Origin: an uncultured virus (IMG/VR IMGVR_UViG_2687453124_000003) | Taxonomy: Duplodnaviria > Heunggongvirae > Uroviricota > Caudoviricetes | DNA length: 20,000 nucleotides | Direction: 5' to 3' (one strand) | Virus record (IMG/VR): IMGVR_UViG_2687453124_000003 | Shown: positions 15,272 to 20,000 of the stretch, one piece after another | How positions within the stretch are numbered: the first letter of the stretch is position 1 | Layout of the letters: the number at the start of each line of letters is the position of its first letter | The notes under the pieces: model-generated | Database searches by the model: none | What the model was told of the DNA's origin: nothing | What the model saw: the letters and a program-made list of their open reading frames with translations, nothing else | Made by a program: the position numbers and the translations under genes

Positions 15272-15880
15272 GTGGACAGCTCTCCCCGCCTGTTACCGGC
15301 CGGAATCGGGTCCGTGTTCATCGTCGACGTCGAGGCCACCTCGCGCACACCGTTCAGTGGTGTGATGACGGAGTTCGCCGTGGTCCATCTGGTTTCGGGC
15401 ACTTCGTTCTACGGGCACACCTACCGCAACCATCCACATCCGGACAATCCCGCGATCCCTGTTGCAGATCTCGACGGCGGGGGTGACTACATCAGCGAGG
15501 CGTACTGGATTATGGACGGCAAGGACGTCGCAAACTCGGTGGCAGGTTCGGAACCGGCCGATGTCGCTAGCGCACTGCGCACATGGCTCGACGGATTCGG
15601 TTTACCACGCCGGGTACTGGTCAGCGACAACAACGGCTACGACGCGATGTGGCTGAACTGCTTCACTGACCTCTGGACGGGTGAGGTCTTTTTCGGCCAC
15701 TCGTCGCGGCGCATCGGTGACTTCTACGCAGGCACTCGGCAGAAGTGGGCTGATCACTCCTCATGGAAGAGTCTGCGCCGCACACGACACACCCACCATC
15801 CACTCGACGACGCACGGGGTAACGCTGAGGCTCTGCGCACGCTGCTGGGCATTGATGTCGATCGCAAAGGCGAGGATTAA
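15272..15880 (+). CDS. DEDDh-family 3'-5' exo(ribo)nuclease
   Basis: ExoI VDVEAT, ExoII SDNNGYD, ExoIII HHPLDDA; AAGGAG RBS. Confidence 0.87.
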   Translation: MDSSPRLLPAGIGSVFIVDVEATSRTPFSGVMTEFAVVHLVSGTSFYGHTYRNHPHPDNPAIPVADLDGGGDYISEAYWIMDGKDVANSVAGSEPADVASALRTWLDGFGLPRRVLVSDNNGYDAMWLNCFTDLWTGEVFFGHSSRRIGDFYAGTRQKWADHSSWKSLRRTRHTHHPLDDARGNAEALRTLLGIDVDRKGED

Positions 15881-15882
15881 CC

Positions 15883-16128
15883 ATGCCGACGATGACCCTG
15901 TACACCCTGTGGTGCGAGGGATACGCCGCCACCGGAGAGCATGGACGCGCGCGTTCACTGGGTACCTGGGCCGCGGAGTCATTCGACTCTGCTGTGGAAC
16001 TGTGGAATGCGACCAAGAACCGAAATTCGATGTACGGAAACCTCGTTCACCACGAGAACGGTTCCTGGACCTTGTGGGGCTGCCGGTTATTCGACAACGA
16101 GGCCGATGCCCGCCGAGCGTTCGGATGA
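15883..16128 (+). CDS. Hypothetical protein
   Basis: GAGG RBS; follows the exonuclease by 2 nt; WGCRLFDNEADARRAFG C-terminus. Confidence 0.75.
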   Translation: MPTMTLYTLWCEGYAATGEHGRARSLGTWAAESFDSAVELWNATKNRNSMYGNLVHHENGSWTLWGCRLFDNEADARRAFG

Positions 16129-16252
16129 ACGGCTCCAGCTGACAACTAGCGGTGTCGGCGTGTCGCGCGGTCACAGTGGATTCGAGAGTTCTTGCAGCAG
16201 AGGCTATATGCCAGTGCTCGAACCGCACCAATCGCCGAACCTTGGAGGGCAT

Positions 16253-16456
16253 ATGAAACTCTGCGTCACCGCTGTGATCGCGGCGGCACCCTTGTTGATC
16301 TTCGCTCCATTCGCCAGCGCGGGGCCGCGCTGCCTCCCAGATCAAACAGCCTGCTGCCCCAGCGGCTACATAGTGGCTGAACACCCCAGCGGTGCGATGA
16401 CGTGCTCTCCTGACGTCGATGCCCAGTCCGCCGCCCGAAACAGCATCCCGATCTGA
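16253..16456 (+). CDS. Small secreted Cys-containing protein
   Basis: GGAGG RBS; signal peptide MKLCVTAVIAAAPLLIFAPFASA; 4 Cys in the mature part. Confidence 0.65.
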   Translation: MKLCVTAVIAAAPLLIFAPFASAGPRCLPDQTACCPSGYIVAEHPSGAMTCSPDVDAQSAARNSIPI

Positions 16457-16518
16457 TCGGTAGACAATCCACCCCCGCAGTGTGCGCCCGCTGCGATTCA
16501 GAGGTGTTCAGGCGCAGG

Positions 16519-16593
16519 AGCGGAGTAGGGCAGCTCGGTCAGCCCGCGTGGCTCATAACCACGAAGTCGCAGGTTCGAATCCTGCCTCCGCCA
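16519..16593 (+). tRNA. tRNA-Met(CAT), initiator-like
   Basis: CGTGG-CTCATAA-CCACG; A1:C72 mismatch; purine11-pyrimidine24 D stem. Confidence 0.88.
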
Positions 16594-16896
16594 CGACGTC
16601 CCACATGAGCTGCAACAAGGGATAACAGAGGGCACGACAACACCGATGGCGGTATGAGACATGGCTAATGATCCTGGCCGACGAACTGCGGAAAAACGCT
16701 CGTGGCGTCGTGAGATTGACGTGGAGGCAACAGCCCAGGTCGAGCCGTTCAACCCGTACGCGCACTGCATAAGCCTGGTGGAGTGCCGCACAACCTGCGT
16801 CTATGTGGGCCAAGGGTGTTCAGAGGTGCACAGAAATCACTACCGCGATCTCTCTGCTGATGAAGGGGTACCACCACCCCTAACTCAGCGAGTCAA

Positions 16897-16969
16897 CGCT
16901 CCGTAGCTCAGTTGGTAGAGCTCCGCACTCATAATGCGAAAGTCGCGGGTTCAAGTCCCGCCGGAGCAA
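16897..16969 (+). tRNA. tRNA-Met/Ile2(CAT)
   Basis: CGCA-CTCATAA-TGCG; C1:A72 mismatch. Confidence 0.88.
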
Positions 16970-17051
16970 CGAGTTCTAGCCCCTTGCGGGCCTGAACATT
17001 TGGAGGGTGCTTCCGACGAATGGCGCCGTCGATGTGGCGCTGTTCTGCCCT

Positions 17052-17501
17052 TCAGAACTGAATGTTGGCGCTCATCGAGTATCGATCGAACTGGGAATGT
17101 CCGAGCAGGCCGTCGAGAAGCCGGGCACGCTGCATCTCGGGCTCGCTGACCTTCATCCCGATCACGCCTTTCCCATCTTCGCTTATGGTGTTTCCGCTCG
17201 GCAGAACGCAGCGACCGCCATCGACGCTCAAAACAAGATCACGCTGAATGGGCACACCGTTGTATCGGATGTCGAGCCAGTGGCCGTAAATCTTCTTATC
17301 TGGGAATCCGCCAGATTCGGACCATGCCTCGGTCCAAGGCTCACCATCGAGATGGTCCTTGCCCCAGGCAAGGCTAATTGCGGCGTCCTCGTGAAACACG
17401 TACAGCTGCCGGTGACCATCCTCAGTGGTCACATTCTCGACCTTCGTCCAGTCGTCTGGAGAACTCGCCTCAACCTTTGTGAGGATCGAAAAGTAGTTCA
17501 C
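17052..17501 (-). CDS. Hypothetical protein, antisense to the array
   Basis: 149-aa ORF with globular-protein composition, filling the gap between two tRNAs. Confidence 0.72.
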   Translation of the reverse strand: MNYFSILTKVEASSPDDWTKVENVTTEDGHRQLYVFHEDAAISLAWGKDHLDGEPWTEAWSESGGFPDKKIYGHWLDIRYNGVPIQRDLVLSVDGGRCVLPSGNTISEDGKGVIGMKVSEPEMQRARLLDGLLGHSQFDRYSMSANIQF

Positions 17502-17609
17502 GGCTGAAATCTAACCAAGACCCATCGAATATCACCTGGCTTACGCGAATCTGGCCTATGCACCTTTCTTCATCACATCCTGAACCGCCGGATAGCCTCC
17601 GGCAGAAAT

Positions 17610-17699
17610 GGAAGACCCACCCGAGGGCTGGCGACGGGCGCTGTCTTGAAAACAGTTGGGGCCGAGAGGCCCGTGTCGGTTCGATCCCGACGTCTTCCG
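17610..17699 (+). tRNA. tRNA-Ser(TGA)
   Basis: GCTGT-CTTGAAA-ACAGT; long variable arm; G73. Confidence 0.9.
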
Positions 17700-17833
17700 C
17701 GCAACCCAACCGGCTCACAACTGGAAGGGAACCGCTCGGCTGAGATGCCGGGTGCGGATGGCTCCGCCTGCGTGACTGTGGACAGACGGCGCGCAGATAG
17801 CGGCCCGGGCTGGGCCTGTCCCCGGCTCGACAT

Positions 17834-17909
17834 GGCGTCGTTAGCTCAGCGGTAGAGCCCCGGTTTGTGGAACCGGTAGTCGTCGGTTCGATCCCGACAC
17901 GTCGCCCCA
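17834..17909 (+). tRNA. tRNA-His(GTG)
   Basis: CCGGT-TTGTGGA-ACCGG; G-1/C73; CCA. Confidence 0.93.
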
Positions 17910-17969
17910 TCGGCTGCGGCACCGCGTCGCGTTCGTCCGGACGCGGTGCCGCGGCCCAACATCGTCGAC

Positions 17970-18218
17970 ATGAGTGACACACGCAATGACCCACTCGACC
18001 ATCGTCTTGCTGCTGCCGGAGGGTCCTGGGAGCCGCGCCTCCCCGAGTACCACGGGCCCGACCAGGAATACATCGCTCCGGGGCGACGAGTAGCGCACCT
18101 ACCCGGTTTCAGCTGGCCGAACACCCCAGAGAAGTGCATTGCGGGCCACCTCGACACGGTCTGGGTTCTCGACGGGCAGCTACTCCTCTGCACGGGTTGC
18201 GGGCTGGACGGAACCTGA
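17970..18218 (+). CDS. Hypothetical protein with C-terminal CxxxH...CxxC Zn-ribbon-like motif
   Basis: CIAGH...CTGC; ATG 17970. Confidence 0.6.
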   Translation: MSDTRNDPLDHRLAAAGGSWEPRLPEYHGPDQEYIAPGRRVAHLPGFSWPNTPEKCIAGHLDTVWVLDGQLLLCTGCGLDGT

Positions 18219-18345
18219 CAGGTAAACGTTGTCGACCTCGCGGTAACGACCAGGGTTAGTGCGCTAGGCGAGGATCGGGCGCGAGAGTGACCGGAGTGGC
18301 CCTGGTGACAATCTCCAGCTCAACATGACCGTTCGGCACGCACAG

Positions 18346-18418
18346 GCCTCCGTGGCGCAACGGATAGCGCACCGGCTTTCTACTCCGAGGGTTGCCGGTT
18401 CGAATCCGGTCGGGGGCA
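18346..18418 (+). tRNA. tRNA-Arg(TCT) with weak anticodon stem
   Basis: CCGGC-TTTCTAC-TCCGA (3 pairs); Arg identity A20 in the D loop. Confidence 0.82.
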
Positions 18419-18452
18419 CCGAGTTCGACACCGACAAGCTTCGAAAGATCCA

Positions 18453-18527
18453 CAGGCTGTGGGAAAGTTTGGTCAATCCACCTGGCTGGGGGCCAGGAAA
18501 TCGCGTGTTCGAATCGCGCCAGCCCGA
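18453..18527 (+). tRNA. tRNA-Pro(GGG)
   Basis: CCTGG-CTGGGGG-CCAGG. Confidence 0.88.
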
Positions 18528-18711
18528 CCGCCAGTTCGCACCTCACTGTCCCGTAACGCGATGTACGGCGGTGAGGTCGACGAGAGTGTGATCGATAACC
18601 GCGTTGCAGGCCGCTATCGACCGTACAGAGGAGGTTGGTGTGATTGAACCGTGAGACCTTCTGGCAGAACGTATCTGAACCAGCCAAAAGTCTATTTCCC
18701 AGGAGACAGCC

Positions 18712-18948
18712 TTGTCGAAACACATAACCCCCATGGCGGCCCTCAAGAAACTTGAGCAGCAGAACAACCGACTCAAGTCCTCCTATCACACCGCGAGCGA
18801 GAAGCGTGCGATGAAGGCCGCACGCGAGAAGCGGCAAGCTACGCGAGCCGAAGCTAGTGCGGAAGAGCTTCAGGAGATGTTGGACGCCGATATACGTTGG
18901 CTCGACAGTCTTGGCCCCAGGCTCAGCCAAAAAAGGTCTGACACTTAG
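18712..18948 (+). CDS. Hypothetical basic coiled-coil protein
   Basis: TTG start after AGGAG; helical Lys/Arg/Glu-rich 78 aa. Confidence 0.55.
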   Translation: MSKHITPMAALKKLEQQNNRLKSSYHTASEKRAMKAAREKRQATRAEASAEELQEMLDADIRWLDSLGPRLSQKRSDT

Positions 18949-19015
18949 CCTTCGGCAACACTTCCCAACTTGAACATTGAGCTGGCCCAGCTCCACCCGC
19001 GCTAGCGCGGGTCCT

Positions 19016-19089
19016 GTCTCCGTGGCCGAGTGGTTAAGCAGCGGCCTGCAAAGCCGTCTACGCCGGTTCAAGTCCGGCCGGAGACTCCA
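19016..19089 (+). tRNA. tRNA-Cys(GCA)
   Basis: GCGGC-CTGCAAA-GCCGT; U73; CCA. Confidence 0.93.
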
Positions 19090-19111
19090 CACTGGCCCAC
19101 CGGCCAGCAGC

Positions 19112-19186
19112 GCCCCTTTAGCTCAGATGGCCAGAGCGCCCGCCTCGTAAGCGGGAGGTTCGTGGGTTCGACTCCCGCAGGGGGCT
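19112..19186 (+). tRNA. tRNA-Thr(CGT)
   Basis: CCCGC-CTCGTAA-GCGGG. Confidence 0.93.
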
Positions 19187-19212
19187 CAAACGGACACGCG
19201 CAGTGTCTGATT

Positions 19213-19286
19213 CGGGGTATGGGAAAGCTTGGCAATCCGCCTCGTTCGGGACGAGGAGACCGGCGGTTCAAATCCGTCTACCCCGA
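19213..19286 (+). tRNA. tRNA-Pro(CGG)
   Basis: CCTCG-TTCGGGA-CGAGG. Confidence 0.93.
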
Positions 19287-19330
19287 CGTTGGTTTTGCAC
19301 ACTACCTGGCAGTATCTTTTGAATAGATGA

Positions 19331-19353
19331 TAGTATCTGTCAAACAGATACTA
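19331..19353. promoter_or_regulatory. Perfect 10-bp inverted repeat, probable operator
   Basis: TAGTATCTGT-CAA-ACAGATACTA directly before the RBS of the HTH gene. Confidence 0.6.
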
Positions 19354-19364
19354 AGGGAGTGGAC

Positions 19365-20000
19365 ATGACCTACCCCGACACGAGCGTCGCGCACCCCACC
19401 GATATCGTCCGCGAGGCTGATGCGCCTTGGCATGCGGGCGACGTGTTCAGCCTTCGCGGCTTGGTCGACGCCGCAGTGCTGATCCGCCCCTTGTCCAGAC
19501 ACGTTTACGCATCGCGATGGAGCCACGACGGTAGAGCAACGGCGATAGTCGCCGATATAGCGGTGCTAGAGGACCACAACCATGCCGCCAGCCTCTACAG
19601 CCAAGTCACCATTTTTCAGCCGAACGTCGTCAAGGCGCTGTGCGCGGTTCTGGACAATCCACACGTCTTCACCGTCGCCGGCGCGGTGTCCACGATCGGC
19701 GACAGTGGGCGACGCGCCTGGGTACTCGCTCCGTTGCCGGAGGCCCTGATCCCTGTAGCAGCGGCAGAAGCAGCAGCGCGGGACTGGGACTATCCCCCGG
19801 ACTACGACGCAATCGTGGGCCGCAAGATCGCCGCTCTGCGCAGCGATAAAGGACTTCCCCAGGCCGCCCTAGCGGGCGTATTGGGTGTCATGCAGTCGGG
19901 CGTATCCGACATTGAATCCGGACGACGGTCATTAGACCTCAAGAAGTTGTATGCCATCGCATCTGCACTGAGCGTGCCAGTGCATGAGCTGTTGCCCTGA
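19365..20000 (+). CDS. Protein with C-terminal XRE HTH domain
   Basis: IAALRSDKGLPQAALAGVLGVMQSGVSDIESGRRSL; AAGGGAG RBS; TGA at 19998-20000. Confidence 0.85.
   Translation: MTYPDTSVAHPTDIVREADAPWHAGDVFSLRGLVDAAVLIRPLSRHVYASRWSHDGRATAIVADIAVLEDHNHAASLYSQVTIFQPNVVKALCAVLDNPHVFTVAGAVSTIGDSGRRAWVLAPLPEALIPVAAAEAAARDWDYPPDYDAIVGRKIAALRSDKGLPQAALAGVLGVMQSGVSDIESGRRSLDLKKLYAIASALSVPVHELLP

Larger units (their letters stand above)
8565..19286 (+). other. tRNA gene array (36 tRNAs, all 20 amino acids)
   Basis: 36 cloverleafs folded by eye, all on the + strand; associated with HNH and GOLLD as described for mycobacterial tRNA arrays. Confidence 0.95.

Noticed and set aside
16661..16906. 81-aa Cys-containing ORF between the CAT tRNAs
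   Set aside because: Weak RBS and its stop lies inside the tRNA gene; possible but unsupported.
18346..18418. Amber suppressor/Pyl (CTA) reading of the TTTCTACT loop
   Set aside because: Standard numbering places TCT at 34-36 and the D loop has the Arg determinant A20.

Overview
High-GC actinobacterial (mycobacterial-type) mobile-element DNA, probably an ESX-carrying plasmid or ICE. Bases 1-3684 carry type VII secretion genes eccB and the 5' part of eccC on the - strand. Bases 3884-7628 hold a + strand accessory cluster (two paralogous XRE regulators, a HAD nucleotidase, a vWA protein and hypotheticals) with a repeated TTCTC-N7-GAGAA operator. Bases 8565-19286 form a + strand array of 36 tRNA genes covering all 20 amino acids. 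Interspersed are a GOLLD-like RNA with an embedded tRNA, a second unidentified ~480-nt ornate RNA, two circularly permuted tRNA-like elements, an 8/4-type tRNA-Ser, an HNH nuclease and a DEDDh exonuclease. An IS110 element (11318-13014) sits in the Shine-Dalgarno sequence of the HNH gene. Its non-coding end has a readable bridge RNA with a donor-binding loop and two tandem target-binding-loop units: one matches the current insertion site exactly, the other specifies a different RBS-like target. All RNA structures were derived by eye and family names from recalled knowledge; no searches were run.
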